From Candidatus Electronema aureum (GTDB lineage Bacteria > Desulfobacterota > Desulfobulbia > Desulfobulbales > Desulfobulbaceae): DNA of 32,000 nt. Within the stretch, counting starts at the first letter, position 1. Each line of letters begins with the position of its first letter. Where the stretch lies: assembly GCA_004284765.1 (NCBI GenBank), contig NQJD01000005.1:30001-62000 (forward strand), given 5' to 3'. The notes below the pieces were generated by a model. It saw only the letters and a list, made by a program, of their open reading frames with translations. It was not told the DNA's origin and did no database searches. Shown here in pieces: positions 15,457 to 24,515 of this stretch. The translations under genes and the position numbers were made by a program.

Positions 15457-16878
15457 CTACCACGTCACCATGTAGCAGGAGAGCGTGCGGCCTTCTTCAA
15501 GGTCTTTGCCCTCCATGTAACGCTGCATGGACTCCGCCGCCACCTTGCCTTGATAGACGGCCTTGGCTGCGGTCTGCGGGCCAAGCACGTCATCACCACC
15601 GGCAAAGATCCACGGCACCGAAGTCTGGAGGGTGCGGGGATTGACTGTGTAGGTGCCCCACGATTCTAACTTGAGATCAGTACCTCGGTCGGCCTCGTGC
15701 TGCACGTTCTGGCTGATGGCAGGAATGACCGCATCCGCCTCAATGATGAAGTTCGAGCCTGCCTGCTCCACTGGGCGACGGCGGCCTGAAGCATCAGGCT
15801 CACCTAACCCCATGCGCACGCACTCTAACCCGGTGAGCTTGCCGCTGGCATCAGCATGAATCTTGACCGGAGCAGCCAAGAACTCAATCCGCACGCCTTC
15901 CTCCTCCAAGTGCCGCACCTCTTCCTTCGAGGCAGGCATCTCTTCTTTCGTGCGGCGGTAGAGGATGAAGACTTGATCCGAGCCAGTGCGCAAGGCGGTA
16001 CGGGCTACATCAATAGCCACATTACCGCCACCCACCACCACGACCTTTCTGCCGATCTGCATCTCCTCACCGGTAAGCACCCGCCGAAGATAGTCCACGC
16101 CATGCAACACGCCCTTGGTATTCTGCTCGCCCTCAATGCCGAGCTTCTTGCCCTCATGCGCGCCAACGCCGATGAAGACCGCTTCGTAGCCCTCTTCGTG
16201 CAGCTCGTGCAGGGTCTTGTCCTTGCCAATGGTTATGCCGAGCTTGATCTCCACGCCACAGCTCTTGAGTGAAGCCAGCTCTGCTCCGATGATGTCGCGA
16301 GGCAAGCGGTAATGAGGAATGCCCACAGAGAGCATCCCACCAAAGACTGGCAGTGCCTCATAGATCGTGCATTTATAACCCTGATGCGCGAGCAGATACG
16401 CGGCGGTGATGCCTGCCGGGCCAGAACCGACAATGGCAGCCTTGCGTCCGTTAGGCAGGGCGCAGGCATGGGACATGGCTTTGCGCTTGGCAATCATCCA
16501 GTCGGTTAGGTAGCGTTCCAGCATCCCGATGGCCACTGGCTCGCCGCTCTTGCCGCGCACACAGCTGCCCTCGCACTGGAACTCGTGCGGGCAGACGCGG
16601 GAGCAGACCGAAGGCATGGTGCTGGTCTCACGCACCTTCCAGTAGGCTTCCTCGAATTGCTTCTCCCGCAGCAAACCAATGAAGCCGGGGATGTCATTGC
16701 GGATCGGACAGCCCTGCACACAGGCAGGCTTCTTGCATTGCAGGCAGCGGTTAGCCTCCAGCAAAGCCGTTGCCTCGTCGTAACCTGCGGTCACTTCAGC
16801 AAAGCTCCTGATCCGCTCCGCAGGCGCAAGCTCTTTGGGATGCTGGCGGGGAATGGCCATCCGTTCTTTGGTGTTCAT
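15457..16878 (-). CDS. glutamate synthase small-subunit-like NAD(P)H-dependent FAD/Fe-S oxidoreductase (GltD/SudA family)
   Basis: The N-terminus carries Cys clusters (CLQCKKPACVQGCP, CSRVCPHEFQCEGSC). Two Rossmann motifs are present (IVGSGPAGITAA, VVVVGGGNVAID). The start at ATG 16878 lies 6 nt after AGGAG. Confidence 0.8.
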   Translation of the reverse strand: MNTKERMAIPRQHPKELAPAERIRSFAEVTAGYDEATALLEANRCLQCKKPACVQGCPIRNDIPGFIGLLREKQFEEAYWKVRETSTMPSVCSRVCPHEFQCEGSCVRGKSGEPVAIGMLERYLTDWMIAKRKAMSHACALPNGRKAAIVGSGPAGITAAYLLAHQGYKCTIYEALPVFGGMLSVGIPHYRLPRDIIGAELASLKSCGVEIKLGITIGKDKTLHELHEEGYEAVFIGVGAHEGKKLGIEGEQNTKGVLHGVDYLRRVLTGEEMQIGRKVVVVGGGNVAIDVARTALRTGSDQVFILYRRTKEEMPASKEEVRHLEEEGVRIEFLAAPVKIHADASGKLTGLECVRMGLGEPDASGRRRPVEQAGSNFIIEADAVIPAISQNVQHEADRGTDLKLESWGTYTVNPRTLQTSVPWIFAGGDDVLGPQTAAKAVYQGKVAAESMQRYMEGKDLEEGRTLSCYMVTW

Positions 16879-16915
16879 GGGCATCTCCTGTAACAAGTTG
16901 GTTCAAAAAGAGTGA

Positions 16916-17281
16916 CTAATCGTTTTCTATGAAGCGCACCAAATCATTTCTGCTCATGTAGCCTAAGTTTTTCTTCACCTCTTTGCGGTTCTTGAGTCGT
17001 AGTACAAAAGGAACACTCTCGATGCCGAACTGCTCGGCCTTGGCCCTGTTCTTGTCCCAGTCCACTTCATAAAACTGCACATGCGGATAGAGCTTCTTCA
17101 CCTTCTCATATTCCGGTTTCATCGCTTGGCAGGGACCACACCAGTCAGCGTAAAACTTGAACACTTTGACATCTTGGCCTTTACCGTAGTCAGCATTGGC
17201 TGGGAGGTCGTGCTCTGGGCCGCAGCCGTATAAAGATACAAGGAACATCATTACAAGGAGGCTATTAAGTAATCTCATCAT
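16916..17281 (-). CDS. thioredoxin-family lipoprotein
   Basis: Signal peptide with a lipobox-like LYGC. The active site is WCGPC (FYADWCGPCQAMKPEY). The start at ATGATG 17281/17278 follows GGGAG. GC is lower than the neighbours. Confidence 0.75.
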   Translation of the reverse strand: MMRLLNSLLVMMFLVSLYGCGPEHDLPANADYGKGQDVKVFKFYADWCGPCQAMKPEYEKVKKLYPHVQFYEVDWDKNRAKAEQFGIESVPFVLRLKNRKEVKKNLGYMSRNDLVRFIEND

Positions 17282-17463
17282 GATGAAATAACTCCCAACG
17301 TTGCCGGGAAGACTGTCGAAGTTTATCTCATACGAAATGAGAAGGATGGAACAGTACAGCTGTTCCAATTGGAAACTACCTACATGAAGATGCTGACGAG
17401 CAGTAATAGCGGCACAAAACAGGACGCACTACCTTGGACGACGTGCTGATAGATGGCTCTCGC

Positions 17464-18084
17464 TTAACGACCCTTCCGTAACATCTCAGGATAATCCGCT
17501 CGCAGGAAGTTATGCAGCAGCACAATTCCTGCTTTAGTCATGATGGATTCGGGATGAAACTGCACGCCTTCCACGGCTAAGGTCTTGTGGCGCAGGCCCA
17601 TTAGCTCGCCTTGATCGGTGTGGGCTGTGGCTTCCAAGCAGTCTGGCAACGTGCTTTCTTCTACCACCAACGAATGGTAGCGCATCCCCTCAAAGGGATT
17701 CTCTAAACCAGAGAACACGCCTTTGCCGTCGTGAAACATGGGACTGGTTTTGCCGTGCATCACCCTGCCTGCTCGGATCACCTTACCACCGAAGGCCTCA
17801 CCGATGGACTGATGACCGAGGCAGACACCAAGAATCGGAATCCTACCGCTGAAATACTGGATCGCCGCGATGGAGATGCCTGCTTCCTTGGGCGTACAAG
17901 GGCCGGGTGAGATCAGTAGGCGGTCGGGCTGCATGGCCGCGATTGCCTCTACTGTAATCTTATCGTTACGGAAAACCCTGATTTCCGGCGACTGCCATCC
18001 CTGTGGCGCATCAGGCGGCGCAGCGGCCAAGGTCTGGACAATATTGAAAGTGAACGAATCGTAGTTATCAATAAGAACAATCAC
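17464..18084 (-). CDS. trpG: anthranilate synthase component II (glutamine amidotransferase)
   Basis: MIVLIDNYDSFTFNIVQ, GVCLGHQ (catalytic Cys) and VQFHPES. The start overlaps the trpE stop. Confidence 0.9.
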   Translation of the reverse strand: MIVLIDNYDSFTFNIVQTLAAAPPDAPQGWQSPEIRVFRNDKITVEAIAAMQPDRLLISPGPCTPKEAGISIAAIQYFSGRIPILGVCLGHQSIGEAFGGKVIRAGRVMHGKTSPMFHDGKGVFSGLENPFEGMRYHSLVVEESTLPDCLEATAHTDQGELMGLRHKTLAVEGVQFHPESIMTKAGIVLLHNFLRADYPEMLRKGR

Positions 18085-19571
18085 AGCTGCAACCCCTGTT
18101 CGGCAAGTTCCACGGCCCGGCGCAATCCGCGAGCCTTGTTGACGGTTTCCTCGAACTCCTTCTCTGGTACGGAGTCAGCAACAATGCCTGCCCCAGCCTG
18201 AATCCAGAGATCATTACCCTGCATGACAAAGGTACGGATGGCAATGCAGAAGTCCATGTTGCCAGAAAAGCCGAAATAGCCGACCGCACCTGCGTAGGGG
18301 CCACGCCGATCAGGCTCCAGCTCGTCAATGATCTTCATCGCCTGAATTTTGGCGGCACCACTGACCGTGCCTGCTGGGAAGCAGGCTTCCAACACATCAA
18401 ACTGGTCTTTGCCCGGAGCCAACCTACCGTGTACGCCGGAAACGATGTGCATGACGTGGCTATATTGCTCTACCACCATCAAATCTCTGACTTCGACTGT
18501 ACCGTGCTCGGCAACTCGGCCTGTGTCGTTGCGGCCTAAATCAACGAGCATCAGATGCTCGGCCCGCTCTTTGGGATCAGCCAGCAATTCCGCTGCTAAC
18601 GCCTTGTCTTCCTCAGCAGTCGCCCCACGCTTACGGGTGCCAGCAATCGGACGCAGCTCAATCTTCCCGTCCTCCAAGCGCACTAAGATTTCCGGCGAAG
18701 AACCGATTAAGCAGAGGTCGTCTAAGCGGAGATAAAAGAGGTAGGGGCTGGGATTAACGTGCCGCAGGGAGCGATAGAGCAAGAAGGGGTCAAGCGTGGT
18801 GGTTGTCCGAAACCGCTGCGACAGCACCACTTGGATGATGTCGCCCGCAGCGATGTTCTCTTTGGCCTGTTCGACCATGCGAGAGAATGCTTGCTCATCC
18901 ATGTTCGAGCTAAACTGATGAGGGCCGCAGCCTGTGGCAGTGCAAAGAGTTTCAGGCAGCGGCTGACGGAGCTGGGCAAGCACTGCGTCAATGCGTTGAC
19001 AGCCGTCCTGATACAACTTCGCAGCATCCTTGCCTTCCTCGCGCACTACATTGCAGACCACGGTCAGCTTCTGGCTGATTGAGTCGTGAATCAGCACTAA
19101 ACGAGGCACAATGAAGGAGGAATCAGGGAGATCAAGAGGCGGGTGGCGATCCGGGATTTCTTCGATAAAGCGAATCATGTCGTAGCCGAGGAAACCAACC
19201 AAGCCACCGTAAAAACGAGGCAATCCCGGTGCGGTACTCGCTTTGAAAGATTTCAGCAGTTCACGTAGCTCGACCAGCGGATTGACACCCTCGCGCACCT
19301 CAGCAGCTCTGCCGCAGCGAGACACGTTGACCTGCCCGCCCTTGGAGGTAAAGGTCAGCAGCGGATCAAGACCGATGAAGGAATAGCGGCCCCATTTCTC
19401 GCCGCCTTCCATCGACTCAAAAAGAAAAGCGTGCCGCTCGCTGCCTGCGGTTTTGGCAAAGATAGTCAGCGGGGTCTCAAGATCGGCGATAACCGTGCGG
19501 TGGAGCGGCACTAACCCAGCCTGCTCCATCATGCCAAAAAATGCTTCTTGCTCAGGAGAATACATACTCAT
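18081..19571 (-). CDS. trpE: anthranilate synthase component I
   Basis: Chorismate-binding-enzyme motifs are present (LFESMEGGEKWGRYSFIG, SPYLFYL, GTVSGAPK-like GTVSGAAKIQAM, IRT..., AGAGIVADS). The start at ATG 19571 (MSMYSPEQ) is approximate. The track start at 19601 is a GTG inside the upstream terminator stem. Confidence 0.9.
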   Translation of the reverse strand: MSMYSPEQEAFFGMMEQAGLVPLHRTVIADLETPLTIFAKTAGSERHAFLFESMEGGEKWGRYSFIGLDPLLTFTSKGGQVNVSRCGRAAEVREGVNPLVELRELLKSFKASTAPGLPRFYGGLVGFLGYDMIRFIEEIPDRHPPLDLPDSSFIVPRLVLIHDSISQKLTVVCNVVREEGKDAAKLYQDGCQRIDAVLAQLRQPLPETLCTATGCGPHQFSSNMDEQAFSRMVEQAKENIAAGDIIQVVLSQRFRTTTTLDPFLLYRSLRHVNPSPYLFYLRLDDLCLIGSSPEILVRLEDGKIELRPIAGTRKRGATAEEDKALAAELLADPKERAEHLMLVDLGRNDTGRVAEHGTVEVRDLMVVEQYSHVMHIVSGVHGRLAPGKDQFDVLEACFPAGTVSGAAKIQAMKIIDELEPDRRGPYAGAVGYFGFSGNMDFCIAIRTFVMQGNDLWIQAGAGIVADSVPEKEFEETVNKARGLRRAVELAEQGLQL

Positions 19572-19579
19572 CTGCGGAA

Positions 19580-19614
19580 AATAAAAAAGCCACGGAAGCA
19601 CTGCGCTTCCATGG
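19580..19614 (-). terminator. rho-independent terminator downstream of rpsT, abutting the trpE start
   Basis: Sense strand: CCATGGAAGC-GCAGT-GCTTCCGTGG followed by CTTTTTTATTTT. It has a 10-bp stem (one G-U pair) and a U-tract ending 8 nt before the trpE ATG. Confidence 0.75.
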
Positions 19615-19660
19615 CCGACAATCCTTCAGCACCAGCTGCCGGACGCATGAAGCCGACAGA

Positions 19661-19933
19661 TTAGGCGGTAGCCACCATGCCGTTGACTCGCTTGGTTAGC
19701 CGGGAAATCTTCCGGGCGGCGGTATTCCGGTGGATGGTACCCTTACTGGCGATTTTCTGGATAATCGGCATGGCTTTTTTCAAAGCCTCTTGCGCTGCAT
19801 CCCCTGCACCTGCGGCCATCGCGTCTTCCACGTGGCGGATTGCAGTATGGATTCTTGACTTGTTCATCCGGTTGCGCAAACGGCGCACTTTGGACTGCCT
19901 ATCTCTTTTCTCTGCCGATTTATGATTGGCCAT
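19661..19933 (-). CDS. rpsT: 30S ribosomal protein S20
   Basis: MANHKSAEKRDRQSKVRRLRNRMNKSR... is a typical basic S20 N-terminus, and the length fits. AAGGAG RBS. Confidence 0.95.
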   Translation of the reverse strand: MANHKSAEKRDRQSKVRRLRNRMNKSRIHTAIRHVEDAMAAGAGDAAQEALKKAMPIIQKIASKGTIHRNTAARKISRLTKRVNGMVATA

Positions 19934-19987
19934 GAAAGCTCCTTGCTGCTATGCTTAAAAGATGAATATTTCCAGAAGAAATAAAAA

Positions 19988-20016
19988 AATATAGCTGAAC
20001 TGTCCGCACTTGTCAA
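19988..20016 (-). promoter_or_regulatory. candidate sigma70 promoter of rpsT
   Basis: Sense strand: TTGACA (20016-20011), a 17-nt spacer, then TATATT (19993-19988), about 55 nt upstream of the rpsT ATG. Confidence 0.6.
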
Positions 20017-20037
20017 CTGTATTTGCAGCCAAGCGGA

Positions 20038-20790
20038 TTAGTTCTTTGGCGGTAGAGCGTCTGCGCTGGGCGTACCGGAAGGAGTCGTACAACTGGTTCC
20101 ATTTCCGACGGGTTGAGCAGGCTGAACTTCGGTCTTTGTTGCGGCAGTTTTTTCTGATGGAGAAACAGTCCAGACATCAATCTGATTGATCTTCTCTACG
20201 ATTGGCTGATCTTTTTTGATTTCTTCGGCGATGTTTTCTGAAACTGTTTCCGTTTCAATGACGGGTATTTCATCCACATCACGGCGGCGTGGCAGGGTAG
20301 TTTCTTGAGTATTTAGCGCATCCGCACCAAGTTCCCCTGCAAAAATGCCGGAAAGGACGTTATTGACTTCATTCGCCGCCGCCGCAGTGACTTGCTGTCC
20401 TGCGCTGTTGCTTGGCTTGCCGCTCAAGGTAAAATCAGCACCTTCCAAGTTGGTTCCAACCAAATTGGCCCCGGTGAGATCAGCACCGCCTAATGATGCA
20501 CCCCGCAGCACTGCACCGCGCAAATTGGCTCCAGTCAGACTGGTTGCATTCAACCGCGCATCGGTCATATCCGCGCCTTCCAGATCAGCCTCGGCCAGAT
20601 TCAGCCGGTTGAGTACCGCACCGCGCAGATCGCAACCTCGGCAAGCATTGGTGACGAGCAGTTGATTGAAATTTCTCCGAATCTTCGGGTCGGGTGAGCC
20701 AAGCAGCTCAACTGCACCAACCTTGCTACAACAGAACAAGGCTGCACAGCACATGATGCTTGCATGAAATTTCGTCCTTATTTTTTGCAT
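20038..20790 (-). CDS. secreted pentapeptide-repeat protein
   Basis: Signal-like N-terminus. A pentapeptide-repeat run is present (CDLRGAVLNRLNLAEADLEGADMTDARLNATSLTGANLRGAVLRGASLGGADLTGANLVGTNLEGADF). The start is set at ATG 20790 (the track start is TTG at 20817). Confidence 0.75.
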   Translation of the reverse strand: MQKIRTKFHASIMCCAALFCCSKVGAVELLGSPDPKIRRNFNQLLVTNACRGCDLRGAVLNRLNLAEADLEGADMTDARLNATSLTGANLRGAVLRGASLGGADLTGANLVGTNLEGADFTLSGKPSNSAGQQVTAAAANEVNNVLSGIFAGELGADALNTQETTLPRRRDVDEIPVIETETVSENIAEEIKKDQPIVEKINQIDVWTVSPSEKTAATKTEVQPAQPVGNGTSCTTPSGTPSADALPPKN

Positions 20791-20813
20791 GAGCCTTCCG
20801 GTACTAAAAAAAC

Positions 20814-21263
20814 TCAAGGCCAGACTAACTGCTTATGTATCCAGCCAGAGGGGAGCTGCGGATGAGAAACCTTAATCCAGTCGCCCTGCTGCTCTAACTT
20901 TTTAAGGATAACGTCGCGTACCACTTTGCCAACCTGCGGAGATTCCGTGCCTGCGCCAGACCGGATATTGCCTTTCGCTGCCTTGACGATCACAGAAGGG
21001 GTATTGGCCACCAAGCTGGCGGCAATCCAACCCTTGTCGTTTTCATAATCACTGACATTAAGCCAGTCGCCTTTGCGTTCAATGACCTGAAGCGGATATC
21101 CAGCAGGTAATTGAAATAAGACGGTCGCGTTGGTGTCCGGGTTAGCACGAAGATTCACTCCATCCTTGACAACGGATACGAATTCAGCTGCAGAAACCGC
21201 TGATGCCAGCAGCAGTGCTGTTAGTAGCGTCCCTGCTTCCGCAATAAAAGTCCGATGGTTCAT
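20814..21263 (-). CDS. secreted protein with two bacterial SH3 (SH3b) domains
   Basis: Signal peptide present. Two repeats of the SH3_3 pattern are seen (V..GVNLRANPDTNATVLFQLPAGYPLQVIERKGDWLNV and KGNIRSGAGTESPQVGKVVRDVILKKLEQQGDWIKV). Confidence 0.7.
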   Translation of the reverse strand: MNHRTFIAEAGTLLTALLLASAVSAAEFVSVVKDGVNLRANPDTNATVLFQLPAGYPLQVIERKGDWLNVSDYENDKGWIAASLVANTPSVIVKAAKGNIRSGAGTESPQVGKVVRDVILKKLEQQGDWIKVSHPQLPSGWIHKQLVWP

Positions 21264-21286
21264 TACATTGCCTCCTTTTCTTCACT

Positions 21287-22030
21287 CTACGGTGCTGATT
21301 TGAAATACAAGAGAAATTCTTGATTGCCCCCGGCTCCGCAGATATCAGCAGCAACGCTGCCAACGCAAACAAATCCAATGGAAGCCGCAAATTGTCTAAT
21401 TCCGGCCAAGACTTCCTCGTGGAGATGCTGCTCACGAACAATACCGCCCGTTCCGACCTTGTCTTTAGGCAGCTCGAACTGTGGCTTAACCAAGGCTAAT
21501 ATCCGCGCTCCATCTCTGCCAAACAACGGTAGTAGCGGCGGCATCAGAAGCTGGAGCGAGATGAATGAGGCATCAATAACGGCTAAATCCAAGGCTTCGG
21601 GGATTTGCTCTTTGTTCAGGTGGCGGGCATTGGTGCGCTCCAGCACTGTCACCCGTTGATTTTGGCGCAGCTTCCACGCCAGCAGCCCGTAGCCGACATC
21701 GACACTGTAAACCCGCGCGGCACCGTGCTGGAGCAAACAATCAGTAAAACCACCAGTTGAACAACCGATATCCGCGCATATCCAGCCGCTAGGGTTCAGG
21801 GCGAAATCACGCAGCCCACCCGCCAGCTTTTCACCGCTGCGACTCACATAAGCCGCACTTTTTTTAAGCTTGATCTCGCTGTCCACCGCAATTAAACTGC
21901 CTGCCTTGCAATCCGAGCGGGTACCAACCAGCACCCGGCCCGCGCCGATCAGGGCCGCAGCCTTGGCTGAGTCCGCTGCTATACCGCGCTCGGTGAGCAG
22001 TAAGTCCAGCCGTTTTTTTGCAGGCATCAA
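21287..22030 (-). CDS. tlyA: TlyA-family rRNA 2-prime-O-methyltransferase (hemolysin A-like)
   Basis: An N-terminal S4-like segment (KRLDLLLTERGIA.S...A..LI.AGRVLV) is followed by an FtsJ-type SAM site (DIGCSTGGFTDCLLQHGAARVYSVDVG) and a GNQEFLLYF tail. Confidence 0.8.
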   Translation of the reverse strand: MMPAKKRLDLLLTERGIAADSAKAAALIGAGRVLVGTRSDCKAGSLIAVDSEIKLKKSAAYVSRSGEKLAGGLRDFALNPSGWICADIGCSTGGFTDCLLQHGAARVYSVDVGYGLLAWKLRQNQRVTVLERTNARHLNKEQIPEALDLAVIDASFISLQLLMPPLLPLFGRDGARILALVKPQFELPKDKVGTGGIVREQHLHEEVLAGIRQFAASIGFVCVGSVAADICGAGGNQEFLLYFKSAP

Positions 22031-23187
22031 GGCTGACGCAGATTCTCCATCCGCTCTCGTGCCACCTTAGCCTCGCGGCTGTCAGGATAATCAGAAGCTA
22101 ATTTGCCGTAGATAATTTTGGCGGTCTCTTTGTCGGTCAACTTTTCAAAAGACATAGCCTGTCGCAGCAGAGCTGCCGAGCTGTGCGAATCATCGCTGTA
22201 ATTGGAAATAACCTTTTGATACTCCAAGATGGCCAAGTCATATTCTCCTTGGTTGAATAGGCATTCGCCCATCAGGTAAAGGGTCTTAGCCGCCTGCTTC
22301 TTGCTCGGTTGACCAGACAGATATTGCTCGAAAGATTTGTACGCTTTTTTGTAATTCTTCTCTTTAAAACTGCCCATGCTTTTATCGAACAGGCCACCTT
22401 CATCGCCGCTGACAGCATCTTCGGCGACTGGAGCAGAATCATTCTTTTTTTCCTCAGCAACAGGCGTTTCAAAGCCGTCCTCTTCCTCATCAGGCTGTTG
22501 AACAGGCGCAGATTCAGTTTTGCGTACTTTTCTGTTCTTCGGCTCAATAGTGGCCACATCATCGCCGCTGTCAATTTTACTGCTACTACTGTCCTCAACA
22601 GGCACTTTGCCGCCCTCAGCAGCAGTACGCAACGCCATGTCTGCCTTACGTCTGGCTTCTGCTGCTTTGTCCGCCGCCTCTTTAGCCCGAAGTTCCGCTT
22701 CTCTGGCCTTTTGAGCAGCTTCATGCACTTTGTTCTGGCTGGCCTGCTCAAGACCACTGGAAAGCTGCTCGATTTTCAGCTCTAACGAGCGCACCAGCTC
22801 TTGGTTGGATTTGCTCAGATGGCCGTTTTCCGACTGCATCTGTTCAATCGCCGCGTAAAGCGAAGAAATTTTATCCTCGGTCTCGGCCTTGTATTGATTG
22901 AAACGCTCAATATTTTCCTGATTAACCGAGCGCAGCTGCCGGGCCTCCTCAGCCACCTCCTCCAGCCGATTGGTAGAACTGGCTGTTTCCTTGAGCTGTT
23001 TGTCCGTGGCTTTAGATTCAACCTCTTTGATCTTTTCCTCCGTCTTTGATTCGACGGTCTGTACCTTCTGATTCATACTGCGGAGCTGATAATTCAACCG
23101 CCGTACCTCATCTTGACTGGCACACTGGCAAAGCAGCAAAAGTGTACAGGCCGCTGCCGCTGTATTGCTTAATCCTTTCATGAGCAA
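22027..23187 (-). CDS. cpoB: CpoB/YbgF-like Tol-Pal system protein with a long N-terminal coiled coil
   Basis: The C-terminal TPR region (YKKAYKSFEQYLSGQPSKKQAAKTLYLMGECLFNQGEYDLAILEYQKVISNYSDDSHSSAALLRQAMSFEKL) is YbgF-like. The N-terminal ~230 aa is E/K/Q-rich coiled coil. The gene sits immediately after tolB. Confidence 0.7.
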   Translation of the reverse strand: MLMKGLSNTAAAACTLLLLCQCASQDEVRRLNYQLRSMNQKVQTVESKTEEKIKEVESKATDKQLKETASSTNRLEEVAEEARQLRSVNQENIERFNQYKAETEDKISSLYAAIEQMQSENGHLSKSNQELVRSLELKIEQLSSGLEQASQNKVHEAAQKAREAELRAKEAADKAAEARRKADMALRTAAEGGKVPVEDSSSSKIDSGDDVATIEPKNRKVRKTESAPVQQPDEEEDGFETPVAEEKKNDSAPVAEDAVSGDEGGLFDKSMGSFKEKNYKKAYKSFEQYLSGQPSKKQAAKTLYLMGECLFNQGEYDLAILEYQKVISNYSDDSHSSAALLRQAMSFEKLTDKETAKIIYGKLASDYPDSREAKVARERMENLRQP

Positions 23188-23224
23188 CCTCTGATGGAAT
23201 AACTGAACAAAAAGAGAACGCAGC

Positions 23225-24502
23225 TCAATTGCGGCGTGGAGACCAGCGGGGATAAGACTGATTGCCCTTCAAACGAAAGAGCGTTCGCTCGCCCTTACCG
23301 TTGGCATGGATGATACAGAGTTCCATCTGCCCATTCCGTTTTCTGGCAAAGGCAATTTGTTTGCCGTCTGGTGACCAAGTCGGTGACTCATAATCGCCAT
23401 AGCTGGAAGTAATGCGGGTCGGTGAACCACCACCTACTGGAATGGTGAAGATGTGATACCGCCCAGAGGTCAAGCTGGTGTAGGCGATTTTATCGCCTTT
23501 GGGCGACCAAGACGGTTCCACATTTTCCTTTCCTTGTAGGGTCAACAAACGAGTTCTTTTGCTACCTATATCCATCACATAGACCTGGGGCTTGCCACTG
23601 CGATCAGAGACAAAGGCGACCTGGCTACCGTCCGGTGAAAAAGAAGGCGAGACATTAATGCCGGAGCCTTGAGTCAACCGATCAAGGATTTGTCCCTGCA
23701 TGTCCATGCGGTATAAATCTGGGCTGCCATCTCTACTCAGGGTGACGATCATGGTTCTGCCATCCGGCGAAAAAGCCGGAGCCAAGTTCATGCCTTCACG
23801 CCGAGAAATCGCCTTGGTTGTCCTGTTTTGGTTCAAGTCGGTGATGTATAAATTTTGATTACCGCGATGATACGAGGAATAGGCTAACTTACTTCCGTCG
23901 ATGGAGAAGCGGGGCGAGACGCAGAGATGGTTATGGCGGGTGATTTGGCGTACATTGCGGCCCAGCACATCAGCAATATAGACCTCTTTGCTGCCCGTAC
24001 TGTCGGAGACAAAGGCAATAGAGGTACGGCTAATGCCCGGTTCACCGGTGAAATCCTCAACCAACGCATCGACTAGCCGAAGTACCAAGTCGTCTTGCTG
24101 GGCGGCGGAACCTCTGAACTGTCGGGTAGGAAGGGTTTTTCCAGCCGCTGTATCGAGCAGGCTGGCTTCAACCATCATCTGGCCGCCCATCGAGGAATAT
24201 CTACCTTGCACGACATAATCTGCACCGTTTGTACTCCCCTCAACTATCTGAATAAATCCGTGAAATTCAAGCCCGCTAATGACTAAGCGAGCGATGTCTT
24301 TTCCAGCGGCACTATTCGGATTGCCAGAACCATTGGCAAAGGACGGTACGGCAACAGCCAGCTTGCGCACTCCTGAGCTAGCGATGTCTAACTGAATGCG
24401 TTCGGCAGCGGCATGAAAGGCGGTTAGCAGCACGAGGAGCAGAGCCAAGGGAACAGCAGAACGGAACATGGACAGACGGCGGTTCATAGCATGCATAGCC
24501 AA
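23225..24502 (-). CDS. tolB: Tol-Pal system beta-propeller protein TolB
   Basis: Signal peptide present. Repeated propeller motifs are seen (SP.FSPDG..LAY.S.R.G...LY). It occupies the canonical position after tolA. Confidence 0.9.
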   Translation of the reverse strand: MAMHAMNRRLSMFRSAVPLALLLVLLTAFHAAAERIQLDIASSGVRKLAVAVPSFANGSGNPNSAAGKDIARLVISGLEFHGFIQIVEGSTNGADYVVQGRYSSMGGQMMVEASLLDTAAGKTLPTRQFRGSAAQQDDLVLRLVDALVEDFTGEPGISRTSIAFVSDSTGSKEVYIADVLGRNVRQITRHNHLCVSPRFSIDGSKLAYSSYHRGNQNLYITDLNQNRTTKAISRREGMNLAPAFSPDGRTMIVTLSRDGSPDLYRMDMQGQILDRLTQGSGINVSPSFSPDGSQVAFVSDRSGKPQVYVMDIGSKRTRLLTLQGKENVEPSWSPKGDKIAYTSLTSGRYHIFTIPVGGGSPTRITSSYGDYESPTWSPDGKQIAFARKRNGQMELCIIHANGKGERTLFRLKGNQSYPRWSPRRN

Positions 24503-24515
24503 TAAAATGAAAATG

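Noticed and set aside
19572-19660. A classical Trp-codon leader-peptide attenuator upstream of trpE
   Set aside because: The only in-frame upstream reading contains a single Trp codon, lies inside the terminator stem, and has no RBS. I kept the terminator observation and dropped the leader-peptide model.
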